From Acidimicrobiia bacterium (GTDB lineage: Bacteria > Actinomycetota > Acidimicrobiia > IMCC26256 > PALSA-555): a DNA stretch of 59,076 nucleotides. Numbering within the stretch: the first letter of the stretch is position 1; each line of letters opens with the position of its first letter. A program made the position numbers and the translations under genes. The notes beneath the pieces were generated by a model. It had not been told where the DNA came from and searched no databases. It saw only the letters and a list, made by a program, of their open reading frames with translations. The stretch covers positions 1 to 59,076 of the forward strand of contig SHVJ01000002.1 in assembly GCA_009694295.1 (NCBI GenBank), read 5' to 3'. Shown here piece by piece: positions 46,120-55,102 of this stretch.

Positions 46120-46884
46120 TCAGGCGGGCTGCAGACGCGCGATGAGGCCGTCGTAGCGCTGGTGCCGGTACGGCCACACCCAGTCGGCCGGGACGGTCCC
46201 AACGATCTCGCCGGTCTGGGTCTGGTTGCTCTCGGTGTAGGTGATGCTCACCACGCTCCGCACCGGGAGGTCGACGACCGGGTCGAACGGTGACTCCCGC
46301 AGGATGATCTCACCCTCGACGCGCTCCTGCAGACGGTTCTCCTGCGTGCGGCGTACGTGCACGAGCGACGGATCGCCGTCGAAACGACCACCGGCAGGGT
46401 CGAGCAGGAACTTGTAATAGAACGCGAACCGCTCGCTCATCGGCTCTGGCTCGAGCGTCTCCGCCACCTGCCCGCGGATCTCCACGATGTCGACGCCCTT
46501 GCGGCTCATGATGCCGACGACCTCGCCGTTCTCGTGGCGAAGGGACGCCTCACCGATCTTCTTCGGCTCGCCGAACGTCTCACGTCCACCGAGCACCGCG
46601 GCCTCGGTCGACATGATCATGAGCAGGTCGTAGCAACCGTGCACGTCGCCATGCCGGCACTTCACCGAGAATGTGCCCGCACTAAGCGGACCGCTCTCCA
46701 TGTCGACCTGAGCGATGTTGATGCGAACGTGCGGTTCGGTCGGCTCGAGTGGCTTCGGGAGCACCGCGGCAATGATCTCGGGGTCGGTCTCGTAGAACGC
46801 GACGACGTTGCGCGACCACATCTTTGGGCCGTCGGGACCCGCGTCGGCCACGGGCTCATCGGGGATGGCGGCGTAACGAACCAT
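46120..46884 (-). CDS. acetoacetate decarboxylase (ADC)-family protein
   Basis: AGGAG lies 5 nt upstream of the ATG. The sequence AFYETDPEIIAAVLPKPLEP ... GGRETFGEPKK ... resembles the ADC-like beta-cone family, in my own reading. Confidence 0.8.
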   Translation of the reverse strand: MVRYAAIPDEPVADAGPDGPKMWSRNVVAFYETDPEIIAAVLPKPLEPTEPHVRINIAQVDMESGPLSAGTFSVKCRHGDVHGCYDLLMIMSTEAAVLGGRETFGEPKKIGEASLRHENGEVVGIMSRKGVDIVEIRGQVAETLEPEPMSERFAFYYKFLLDPAGGRFDGDPSLVHVRRTQENRLQERVEGEIILRESPFDPVVDLPVRSVVSITYTESNQTQTGEIVGTVPADWVWPYRHQRYDGLIARLQPA

Positions 46885-46892
46885 TCGAACTC

Positions 46893-48197
46893 CTATCCAG
46901 CAACTTCGATGTTGGTGAGCCACGGGCGCCCCGCGGCTCGGTACCGGTCCCACTTGGTCAGCACGCTCTCATCGGTCTGATTGAGATCGTGCGGCGTCGG
47001 ACCGATGCGGTCCGCCACCTCTTGGAGCTTGTCGACGTCGAAGCCGTAGAAGTCGGCTTGGTTCAGGCCGAGGATCTGCGCGGTCTCGTCGACGGGGATG
47101 TCCCAGAAGCGGTCCTTGAGAAAATCGCGCGTATACGGCCACGTGCCTTCGGGGTGCGGGAAGTCGTTGCCCCACATGATGTTGCCCACACCGATCTCGT
47201 ACCGGCGCTCGAGCTCCCGCCGGCGCGTGTTCGACGCGCCGATCTTGCAGTTGCGGTCGAAGTACTCGCTCGGGAGCATCTTCAACGGCGCGGTGGCACC
47301 GACGAGCTTGCGCATTCCGTGCTCGCGCGTCGCCATCATGTCGACGCGCCACAGCAGATCGGCCGCCCAGTAGCAGCCCGCCTCGGTGATGGCCATCTTC
47401 AACCCAGGGAAGCGCTCGAACACGCCCGTCATCAACATGAACCACAGCGGACGAGCAGTGAAGAAGATGGTTTCGTAGCCGTAGACGCTCGTCCATCCCG
47501 GGACTTCCCCGTACTCCTCCTGGGGTGCCGGGCCGGAGTGGCAGTGCACAGGGAGGTCGAGCTCTTCGCACACCGCCCACACCGAGTCGTAGCGCATGCT
47601 CGTGTACGACGGATTGTTCCCCCAACGCGGCGGGATGATGATCCCGCCGGTGAGTCCTTCACCGTGCGCGCGGCGGATCTCGGTGATCGCGCCGTCGAGG
47701 TTGTCGGCGATCGGGGCGACGATGAGCCCGACGCGGCGCTCGGGGCTGTCCTGGCAGAGCTCCGCCGACCACCGGTTGAATGAGCGCGCACCCGCGAGCA
47801 GGTGCTCGGGACTGCGCGTGGCCACCGGGTTGAAACCGGCACCGAACGGCGCGCCCATGGTGCCTGTGACCGCGTCGGGACCGGGGAAGACCACCTCGGC
47901 ACTCACGCCGTCGTTGTCGAGCTCCTTGTCGCGCGTGGCGGCATCCCAGCCGCCGCGCAAGCCGACCTCGTGGAGGCTGTTGCCTTCGTCGTCCTCACCG
48001 AACCACTCCTCCTTGAACTCGTCGTCGCCGACGAAAGGGTTCGGTGCGGTACCGGCACGCTTCTCCTCGATCAGGCGCTGGCGTTCGGCCAGCTCATCGT
48101 CGAAGTCGGCGCGGAACTCTGAGTCGAGGTAGTCGCGGTATGCCGGAGCGTTCGGACCGGCGTGGCAGTCGGCCGAGATGATCACGTAGTGCTTCAT
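46893..48197 (-). CDS. amidohydrolase_2 family protein (paralogue 3 of 4)
   Basis: MKHYVIISADCHAGP ... VHCHSG ... MWGNDFPHPEGTWP. Confidence 0.88.
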   Translation of the reverse strand: MKHYVIISADCHAGPNAPAYRDYLDSEFRADFDDELAERQRLIEEKRAGTAPNPFVGDDEFKEEWFGEDDEGNSLHEVGLRGGWDAATRDKELDNDGVSAEVVFPGPDAVTGTMGAPFGAGFNPVATRSPEHLLAGARSFNRWSAELCQDSPERRVGLIVAPIADNLDGAITEIRRAHGEGLTGGIIIPPRWGNNPSYTSMRYDSVWAVCEELDLPVHCHSGPAPQEEYGEVPGWTSVYGYETIFFTARPLWFMLMTGVFERFPGLKMAITEAGCYWAADLLWRVDMMATREHGMRKLVGATAPLKMLPSEYFDRNCKIGASNTRRRELERRYEIGVGNIMWGNDFPHPEGTWPYTRDFLKDRFWDIPVDETAQILGLNQADFYGFDVDKLQEVADRIGPTPHDLNQTDESVLTKWDRYRAAGRPWLTNIEVAG

Positions 48198-48207
48198 GAG
48201 ATCACCG

Positions 48208-49119
48208 TCACTTCTTCGGCACGTTCCACCCGGACGCCGCGAGCAGATAGTCCGGTGGGGTGCGGTCGCGCATCGACGCGGCGCGCGCATCGATCATCTC
48301 GGCGGATCGTTCACTTGGCAGCGTGAGCCAGAAGCGGTCTTCGAGGATGCCCTCGAGCGCGACGTCCGCGACCTCGCTGAGGTCGGCGAACTTGATCTCC
48401 TCGCCCGCCGCCTTCAGTGAATCGATCGTCGGCGTAAGCGCATCGCGACCCTCCGGCGGCGGCTGACCGGGTCGGGAGTACTTCTCAGGCCGGTTGCGAC
48501 CCGGCCGGAAGATGCCGGTGTTCAGGATCCCTCCGGTCCTCGTCGACGGGAGGAGCACCGACGCCGTCACTGGCGCACCGAGCGAGCGCAGCTGCCCCCA
48601 CAGGCACTCGGTGATCGTGGTGACGGCGGCCTTGGTCGTCGTGTACACCGCGCTGTTGTAGAGCGGGTAGAACGCGCCGTTCGATGACGAGGTGTTCACA
48701 ACGTGACCCGGTCCTCCCTGTTCGAGGAGCGTTGGCACGAAGGCGTTGATGCCGTGGATAACGCCGAACACGTTGACGTCGACCGCCCAGCGCCAATCGT
48801 TGAGGTGGTGCTCCCACAGATTTCCGTCCGATCCTGACGGAATACCCGCGTTGTTGCACACGAGATGCACCGCGCCGTACTGCTCGAGCGTCGCGTCGCG
48901 GAGATGCTCGACAGATTCGTAGCGCGACGTGTCGGTGGGCACGCCGATCACGTCGAGCCCGCGATCCTGGAGCTCCTTGACCGTCACTTCGAGCACGGGC
49001 TCGTCGATGTCGGCGAGCACGACCTTCATGCCCTCGGTGGCGAAGCGCTCACCCAGCGCACGGCCGATCCCCGCCGCTCCACCTGTCACCACGGCGACCT
49101 TGCCCGGCAGATCCTGCAC
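48208..49119 (-). CDS. short-chain dehydrogenase/reductase (SDR)
   Basis: VAVVTGGAAGIGRA ... CNNAG ... YTTTKAAV (YxxxK). Confidence 0.9.
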   Translation of the reverse strand: MQDLPGKVAVVTGGAAGIGRALGERFATEGMKVVLADIDEPVLEVTVKELQDRGLDVIGVPTDTSRYESVEHLRDATLEQYGAVHLVCNNAGIPSGSDGNLWEHHLNDWRWAVDVNVFGVIHGINAFVPTLLEQGGPGHVVNTSSSNGAFYPLYNSAVYTTTKAAVTTITECLWGQLRSLGAPVTASVLLPSTRTGGILNTGIFRPGRNRPEKYSRPGQPPPEGRDALTPTIDSLKAAGEEIKFADLSEVADVALEGILEDRFWLTLPSERSAEMIDARAASMRDRTPPDYLLAASGWNVPKK

Positions 49120-49144
49120 GATTGCTCCCGACCTTCCACTTCTG

Positions 49145-49182
49145 GAGTAAGGATTGGGTGTCCTGACACCTGATTCTTACTC
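49145..49182. promoter_or_regulatory. 38-bp imperfect palindrome (15/18 arm matches, 2-bp centre) in an 83-bp divergent intergenic region; candidate repressor operator
   Basis: In GAGTAAGGATTGGGTGTC ct GACACCTGATTCTTACTC, the inner GGTGTC/GACACC and outer GAGTAAG/CTTACTC blocks are perfect. Confidence 0.45.
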
Positions 49183-49202
49183 TAGAACGAGGGATCGAAC
49201 CT

Positions 49203-50402
49203 GTGGACCGATACACCGTGATCTCGGCCGACTGCCACGCCGGCGCCGATCTGCGCGACTACAAGCCATATCTGGAGGCGCGGTACCACGAGCAGTTCGA
49301 CGACTGGGCCGACCACTATGTGAACCCGTTCGGCGACCTCGAGAAGCCCCTCGCCGACCGCAACTGGGACAGCGCGAAGCGCACCGCCGACCTCGAGGCC
49401 GACGGGGTGGTCGCCGAGGTGATCTACCCGAACACGGTGCCCCCCTTCTTCCCGAAAGGTGGCCTCACTGCACTCGCCCCCAACGCCGACGAGTTCGAGC
49501 TGCGGCTGGCGGGCTTGCGCGCACACAACCGCTGGCTCGCCGAGTTCTGCGCGGACCTTCCGGGCCGTCGCGCCGGCGTCGGTCAGATCCTGCTCAACGA
49601 CACCGACGAAGCCGTGCGCGACGTCCACTGGATCGCCGACCACGGCTTGTCGGGCGCTCTGCTGCCGGGCATGCCCCCCGGCGTACCTGTGCCGCCGTTG
49701 CACGCCCCCGTCCACGATCCCGTGTGGCGCGCCTGCGAAGAGCGCGGCCTGTTGATCAGCGCCCACGGCGGCAGCGCGTCCCCCGACTACGGCGAGTACC
49801 CCGCGTCGCTGTCGATGTGGCTCATGGAGGTCACCTGGTTCTCGCACCGGCCGCTCTGGTCGTTCATCCTGTCCGGGGTGTTCGATCGCTTCCCTCGGCT
49901 GCGGATGGTGCTTGCCGAGCAAGGCAGCGGGTGGATCCGCGGCACGCTCGACCAGATGGACAACTTCTACGCGGGGATCGCTCGCGGCGGAATCGGAGAG
50001 CTGCAGTTCGTCGAACCGTGCCTGCTCGAGCGGATGCCGAGTGAGTACTGGGGCATCAACTGCTTCGTCGCCGCGAGCTTCATGCACCGCGACGACTGCG
50101 AACGGCGTGATCGCATCGGATCCGAGAAGGTCATGTGGGGCAGCGACTACCCGCACCGCGAGGGTACGTTCCCGTTCTCGGAGGAGGGGATCCGCAAGAC
50201 CTTCGCCGGACTCGACCCGGCCGAGGTGCAACTGATGCTGGGCGGCACCGCGGCCGAGGTCTACGACTTTGATCTCTCGCTCCTCGAGCCTCTCGCCGCG
50301 CAGTACGGCCCACGCGTGGATGCCGTGGCCGCCGGGCTCGACAAGGTCCCCAAAGGGGCAACGAGTATCGCGTTCAGAGAACGCCACATCCAGAACGTGT
50401 GA
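49203..50402 (+). CDS. amidohydrolase_2 family protein (paralogue 4 of 4)
   Basis: MDRYTVISADCHAGA ... ISAHGGS ... MWGSDYPHREGTFP. GTG start. Confidence 0.88.
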   Translation: MDRYTVISADCHAGADLRDYKPYLEARYHEQFDDWADHYVNPFGDLEKPLADRNWDSAKRTADLEADGVVAEVIYPNTVPPFFPKGGLTALAPNADEFELRLAGLRAHNRWLAEFCADLPGRRAGVGQILLNDTDEAVRDVHWIADHGLSGALLPGMPPGVPVPPLHAPVHDPVWRACEERGLLISAHGGSASPDYGEYPASLSMWLMEVTWFSHRPLWSFILSGVFDRFPRLRMVLAEQGSGWIRGTLDQMDNFYAGIARGGIGELQFVEPCLLERMPSEYWGINCFVAASFMHRDDCERRDRIGSEKVMWGSDYPHREGTFPFSEEGIRKTFAGLDPAEVQLMLGGTAAEVYDFDLSLLEPLAAQYGPRVDAVAAGLDKVPKGATSIAFRERHIQNV

Positions 50403-50436
50403 GCCCCATCCGGAGCGAGCCCGCGACACTCAGCAC

Positions 50437-51198
50437 GTGAAGGGTGTCGTTCTGGCGGCGGGCGAAGGGAGCCGGCTGCGACCGCTCACGGAGCTATTGC
50501 CGAAAGCGCTCTGCCCCGTCGGGAACCGCCCGTTGCTCGAATTCGCGCTCGAACGGGTGCGCACCGTCAGCGCTGATGTTGCGGTGAACGTGCATGCGCA
50601 TCGCGAACAGATGGAAGCGCACTTGGCCGCGCACGAACTGCGAGTACATGTCTCGGTCGAGCGCGAGGAACGGTTGGGCACCGCCGGTGCTCTCGGCCGA
50701 CTGCGCGACTGGATCGCCGGTAGCGCCGTCCTCGTCACGAACGTGGACGCGCTCACTGCTCCTGATCTCACGCCGTTGGTCGATGGCTGGGACGGCGAGC
50801 GCATCCGCCTCCTCGTGACGTTCAACGAGCACGAGCCAGACTTCCACGGCATCTGGCAGTACGCTGGTGCGTGCGTGATGCCATGGGCCGCCGTGCGCGA
50901 CCTCTCCGATCGACCAGCCGACCTCTACACCAAGCGCTGGCGTCCGGCGCTCGATGCTGGCGATATCGAGCTCATGCCGACGCGAGCGAACTTCGTCGAC
51001 TGCGGGACACCGCTTCGCTACCTCGCGGCGAACCTGACCGTCTCGGGCGGCGAGTCGGTCGTCGGCGTTGGCGCGGTCGTGGAGGGCACCGCCGAGGCTT
51101 CGGTCGTGTGGGCAGGAGCGCACGTCGCCGCGGGCGAGCACCTCCGCCACGCGATCCGCCTCACCGACGGCCGCACCGTGCAGCCGCTCGCCGACTGA
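50437..51198 (+). CDS. sugar-phosphate nucleotidyltransferase family protein
   Basis: VKGVVLAAGEGSRLRPLTELLPKALCPVGNRPLL is the N-terminal G-x-G-x-R-L motif of NTP-transferases. GTG start at 50437. Confidence 0.8.
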   Translation: MKGVVLAAGEGSRLRPLTELLPKALCPVGNRPLLEFALERVRTVSADVAVNVHAHREQMEAHLAAHELRVHVSVEREERLGTAGALGRLRDWIAGSAVLVTNVDALTAPDLTPLVDGWDGERIRLLVTFNEHEPDFHGIWQYAGACVMPWAAVRDLSDRPADLYTKRWRPALDAGDIELMPTRANFVDCGTPLRYLAANLTVSGGESVVGVGAVVEGTAEASVVWAGAHVAAGEHLRHAIRLTDGRTVQPLAD

Positions 51199-51456
51199 CT
51201 ACCAGCCCACCTGACCGTCGACGAGCTCTCGGATCAGATCGGCGTGCCCGTTGTGACGTGCGTACTCCTCGATCATGTGCACATAGATCCAACGAAGTGA
51301 GCACGGCTCGCCATCCCTCATTCCTCCGTCGTCGAGTCCTTCACACTTCAGCACGAGCGTGGTGCGGTGGAACTCGAGCCAGACGTCGAGCATGTCGCGC
51401 TCGGAGAGCCCATAGGGAGGCTCCGTCCGCCGCGGGTCGGTCAGATCCCCGATCAT
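51199..51456 (-). pseudogene. DinB/DUF664-family gene with apparent in-frame internal deletion (85 aa remaining)
   Basis: The N-terminal block DPRRTEPPYGLSERDMLDVWLEFHRTTLVLKCEGLDD is joined almost directly to the C-terminal block SLRWIYVHMIEEYARHNGHADLIRELVDG. Family members I recall are about twice this length. Confidence 0.5.
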
Positions 51457-51502
51457 GGCCCCATCCTGCCAGCGTGGTGCGCGGCATGCGGTCGGACCAG
51501 GG

Positions 51503-51856
51503 CTAGCGCGTTGGTGAAGGAGTCCCAACGTTGGCGTTGTTGATCGGCGAGGTGAGCAGAGCGGCGACGGCGAGCAACGCACCCAGCACCGGCTCGTCGG
51601 CCGCGATGAGCGCAGCGACTGCGCCGCCGAAGAGCACCACTTCGATTCCGAGTCGCACGGCCGTCGCCACTGGCCACTTCGCCTTCGGCGTCACGAACGC
51701 CCACCAGATCGCCGCGACCACGAGCGGGGTGCCGATGCCGAGGAGCCAAGCCGAGGCGCCGTCGCGCGTGTGGAAGGCCCAATACGCGTAGCCGGCAAGC
51801 ATCCCCAACTCGCAGATGAAGCGAACCTTGGATGTGAACCCTCTGACTCCGGTCAT
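51503..51856 (-). CDS. small 4-TM membrane protein (DUF2568/YrdB-like)
   Basis: ELGMLAGYAYWAF ... WLLGIGTPLVVAAIWWAFVTPKA ... VLFGGAVAAL. Confidence 0.65.
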   Translation of the reverse strand: MTGVRGFTSKVRFICELGMLAGYAYWAFHTRDGASAWLLGIGTPLVVAAIWWAFVTPKAKWPVATAVRLGIEVVLFGGAVAALIAADEPVLGALLAVAALLTSPINNANVGTPSPTR

Positions 51857-51863
51857 TCGATCG

Positions 51864-53327
51864 CTACTCCTCGCTCGAGTTGAACTCGCTGTAGAGGTCG
51901 TTGAGGCTGATCCCGGTCGCGTTCAACTCCGCGACCTTCGCGTTGTACTGGTTGACCAGGTCGTTGTGCTGGGCAACCAACGAGTTCGCGCGGTTGACAG
52001 CCGCGTTCTGTGGTCCCACCAGCGCGTTTGACTCGTCAATGCGGCCCCGCGCACGGAGCTCGTCGATCTGGTTCGCCAGCCGGTCGGCCTCGTCGCCCGC
52101 TGCGTTTGACTGACCCTCGATCGAAATTAGCTGCTCATTGAGGGCGGCGAGCTCGTAGGTGAGGGTGGCAAATCGCACTTCGAGCGCCTTGAAGACGGCC
52201 TCGTAGCCCTCGAACAACGTGACCACGACAGCCCGATCGTCGAAGAACCTCCCGTAGTACTTCTCCAACCCAGATGACAGAACCCCGACCTCGGTACCGA
52301 TGAGGGAGTGCCCTTCGTTCGCGCGATCACTGGCGCTGTACACCGCGAGCTCGGTCTCGATCGCTGGCTGTGGTGTCACAGCGAGGAAGTCCTCGATCAT
52401 CGTGTCGATCTTCGTGCGGGCCCTCCGGTCAAGCTGCTCGTACGCTGCGTGCAGCATCTCGTGCGCGGCGGTCACCGGCATCACGCCCGAGAGGTCAGGG
52501 CGTTCGACGCGCAGGACCGCGATGTCCTGGCTGAAGCTGTCGTAGCAGCCGAGCACAAACGTGTCATCCGACTCCGGCAGGGGGCAGTCCTCAGCGAAGT
52601 GCACTTTGTCGCGGATCTGTGGGTTGTTGGTTGCGAACAGCGTGCGAGCATGGCGCGACAGCGAAGCCTCGCGTGCGAGCTCGATGACTTCTTCTCGCTC
52701 CGCCTGCTCGAGCAGGTCACGGAGCTCCTCAGCTTCGTCCTTCGTGAAGCTGCCGAGCGCCACCGAAAATCGGCTGGGCGACGCGCTGCCGTTCTCGCCA
52801 ATCGGCGCGAGATCAACCACCTGACCGTCGAGCGTGACGGCAAGATCCGCGTCGCCCACCTGCACGGCATGGAACGCCCACACCGTTTCACCATGATCGG
52901 AGAGCTGTGCCACCACCGACTGTCGGCCCTTACGTGCACCCCTCAGCGCGATGAGCTCGAGCTCGCTGCCCGTCAAACGGGCGGGGCCCAGCAGCAACCG
53001 CTCCGCCTTCTTGTCGTTCGGCGTGTCGACCACCACGCATGCACCGGGATCGTCGCCATCTCGCGACGTGGTGGGCACCTTCCGGCCCAACGCCGCAACC
53101 TGGGTCGGGTCGCACGACGAGATGGCCGCTTCACCGAACGCTCGATCGGCGCCCGTGATCTTCTTCGCTTCCTTGGGAACATCGCTGAGCACGGAGCGCA
53201 GACGCACCTCGTGCTCGCGGCCGTCGATGAACCCGTCCGCGATCTCGTCGCTCGTGGTCCCCGCCGAGACTGGAGCCCCGAAAGCCACCGCCATCGTCAG
53301 GGCGAGCGCGATCCCCACTCGCCTCAT
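51864..53327 (-). CDS. secreted protein with HExxH motif and C-terminal coiled-coil (hypothetical metalloprotease-like)
   Basis: The signal peptide is MRRVGIALALTMAVAFGAPVSAG. HEMLH occurs within VTAAHEMLHAAYEQL. The C-terminal about 110 aa is heptad-like (LAALNEQLISIEGQSNAAGDEADRLANQIDELRARG...). Confidence 0.65.
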   Translation of the reverse strand: MRRVGIALALTMAVAFGAPVSAGTTSDEIADGFIDGREHEVRLRSVLSDVPKEAKKITGADRAFGEAAISSCDPTQVAALGRKVPTTSRDGDDPGACVVVDTPNDKKAERLLLGPARLTGSELELIALRGARKGRQSVVAQLSDHGETVWAFHAVQVGDADLAVTLDGQVVDLAPIGENGSASPSRFSVALGSFTKDEAEELRDLLEQAEREEVIELAREASLSRHARTLFATNNPQIRDKVHFAEDCPLPESDDTFVLGCYDSFSQDIAVLRVERPDLSGVMPVTAAHEMLHAAYEQLDRRARTKIDTMIEDFLAVTPQPAIETELAVYSASDRANEGHSLIGTEVGVLSSGLEKYYGRFFDDRAVVVTLFEGYEAVFKALEVRFATLTYELAALNEQLISIEGQSNAAGDEADRLANQIDELRARGRIDESNALVGPQNAAVNRANSLVAQHNDLVNQYNAKVAELNATGISLNDLYSEFNSSEE

Positions 53328-53400
53328 GGATGAACGGTAATGGTCAGTAACCCAAGATCGACGGTGTTCCACGACGTACCCTGCGGCACTCGACCCGAAG

Positions 53401-55080
53401 GTGGTGCCGACTGTCCGAGCAACGCTACGTACTCACCGGGCTCTCGCGTCTGCTCGTGCGAGTGGCGCGCCTGCTGGTGGAACGCGGTGCGTCCTCGCGT
53501 CGTCGGCTGACGACGAGCTCACGTCGGCCTTGCCCGACGATGCGCAGATCGTTTTCGGTACCGGCGACTACGAGGACCTGCTCGGCCGCGCGGATCTTGC
53601 CGGCGCCGCGTGTCTGCTCACCCTCGGCGAGGACGATCTCGACAACCTGAGAGTGGTTGCGGCGGCCAACGAGGTCGCGCCGCAGGTGCCCGTCGTGTTG
53701 CGTGCCTTCGACGCCGCGCTCGCTGAGCAGCTCGAGACGGGGCTCAACGTGCGCCGCAGCTTCAGCGCGTCGGCCTTGGCCGCACCGGCGTTCGTGGCGG
53801 CGGTGTTCTCGGAAGAAGTCCGGGAGACGCTGCGCCTCGGCGAGGCGGAGGTGCCTCTGTGCGTGGTGACGGTCAGCGTCGACTCTCCGCTCGTCGGGCT
53901 GACCTTCGGCGGCATGAAGCGAGAGTGGGGATGCGCAGCGGTGGCCCGACGCCGGCCCGATGCCGCGTGGCAGCACGCCCGAGGTGACGCGGATGTGATC
54001 GCCGCGGGCGACGAGCTCGTGGTCGGTGGCTTGCTGCTCGATGTGCTGCGGTTGGCCTTGCAGGACAACCCGATTCTCGCTGACCCGCCGCGCCGGAACC
54101 GTCGGCGGTTGACGACCTGGCGGACCCGGGTACAACGCACGCCGACCATGGTCACCGCCGCCGCGATCGCGCTCATCGTGCTGCTTGCGCTCACGGTCGG
54201 TGTGTTCGCGTGGGCCCTCGACCTCGGCCCGACCGACGCCCTCTATCGCGCGATCACCAACGCGTTCGGCGATGTCGGACTCTCCGAAGAGAGCTCGTGG
54301 CTGAAGATCTTCGGCGTCGCGGTGATGGTGGCGGGCGCGCTGCTCATCGGGATCGTGTTCACCCACCTCACGGCCATGTTCACCGCCGACCGGATCGAGG
54401 AGCGCAGCGGGCGTCACGCGCGCCGGATGCGCAACCACGTGATCATCGCCGGGCTGGGCACCGTCGGCTTTCGTGTGGCCCGGCTGCTCGACGAGCTCGA
54501 GGTTCCAACGGTCGTGGTCGAACGCGCCGCCGACAACCGATTCCGAGAGGCCGTCGCGTCACGGGTGCCGGTGCTGTCCGGCGATGTCCGGCTCGCGGAG
54601 AACCTCGAGCGAGCGTCGGTGGCCGAAGCGCGGTGCGTGGTCGCGTGCACCGACGACGAGCTCACCAACGTCGCGGCCTGCGCGCAGGCGCGCCGCATGA
54701 ACCCCAGCATCCGGACGGTGGCTCGCTGCTTCGACGACGCGCTCTCACAACGGCTCGGCGGCTTCGGGATCGACGCCGTCGTGAGCATGTCGCGCGCCGC
54801 CGCCGGCGCGTTCGTCGGCGCCGCGATCGATGAGCGCGCGGCCCGTCACCTCAAGCTCGGCGACCTCGAGCTGGTGGCCTTCCGCCACGAGATCGAACGG
54901 GATCTCTCAGCCGAAGAAGTCGCCGTCTGGCGTGAAGAAGGTGCCCGCATCCTCGCGGTGCAACCACCGGGCGGTCAGGTACTCCCGCCGGTCGCCGCAC
55001 TCGAAGGGCTCGCGGAGGGTTCGGTCGTGATCCTCGCCGGCCCCGAGCCGATCGTGCAGCGCTTCCTCGACGCGGAGTAG
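53401..55080 (+). CDS. two-TM ion-channel-like protein flanked by RCK/TrkA domains (5' end frame-disrupted)
   Basis: It has TM-pore-TM (LIVLLALTVGVFAWAL ... ITNAFGDVG ... VAVMVAGALLIGIVF), then VIIAGLGTVGFRVARLL (Rossmann) and a TrkA-C-like end. The dinucleotide-fold start of the N-terminal RCK (YVLTGLSRLLVRVARLLVERGA) is in another frame, with the junction at about 53485-53500. Confidence 0.7.
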   Translation: MVPTVRATLRTHRALASARASGAPAGGTRCVLASSADDELTSALPDDAQIVFGTGDYEDLLGRADLAGAACLLTLGEDDLDNLRVVAAANEVAPQVPVVLRAFDAALAEQLETGLNVRRSFSASALAAPAFVAAVFSEEVRETLRLGEAEVPLCVVTVSVDSPLVGLTFGGMKREWGCAAVARRRPDAAWQHARGDADVIAAGDELVVGGLLLDVLRLALQDNPILADPPRRNRRRLTTWRTRVQRTPTMVTAAAIALIVLLALTVGVFAWALDLGPTDALYRAITNAFGDVGLSEESSWLKIFGVAVMVAGALLIGIVFTHLTAMFTADRIEERSGRHARRMRNHVIIAGLGTVGFRVARLLDELEVPTVVVERAADNRFREAVASRVPVLSGDVRLAENLERASVAEARCVVACTDDELTNVAACAQARRMNPSIRTVARCFDDALSQRLGGFGIDAVVSMSRAAAGAFVGAAIDERAARHLKLGDLELVAFRHEIERDLSAEEVAVWREEGARILAVQPPGGQVLPPVAALEGLAEGSVVILAGPEPIVQRFLDAE

Positions 55081-55102
55081 CGCGCGCCGCTGCGCTCATC
55101 GT

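Noticed and set aside
43822-46293. 823-aa plus-strand ORF. Other very long shadow ORFs were noticed at 25753-27558(-), 6305-8158(-), 20829-22079(+), 28439-29545(-), 37186-38013(+) and 32964-33686(+).
   Set aside because: These are typical high-GC shadow ORFs. They are Arg/His/Asp-rich and low in complexity, and they lie opposite or out of frame to genes with clear family motifs.
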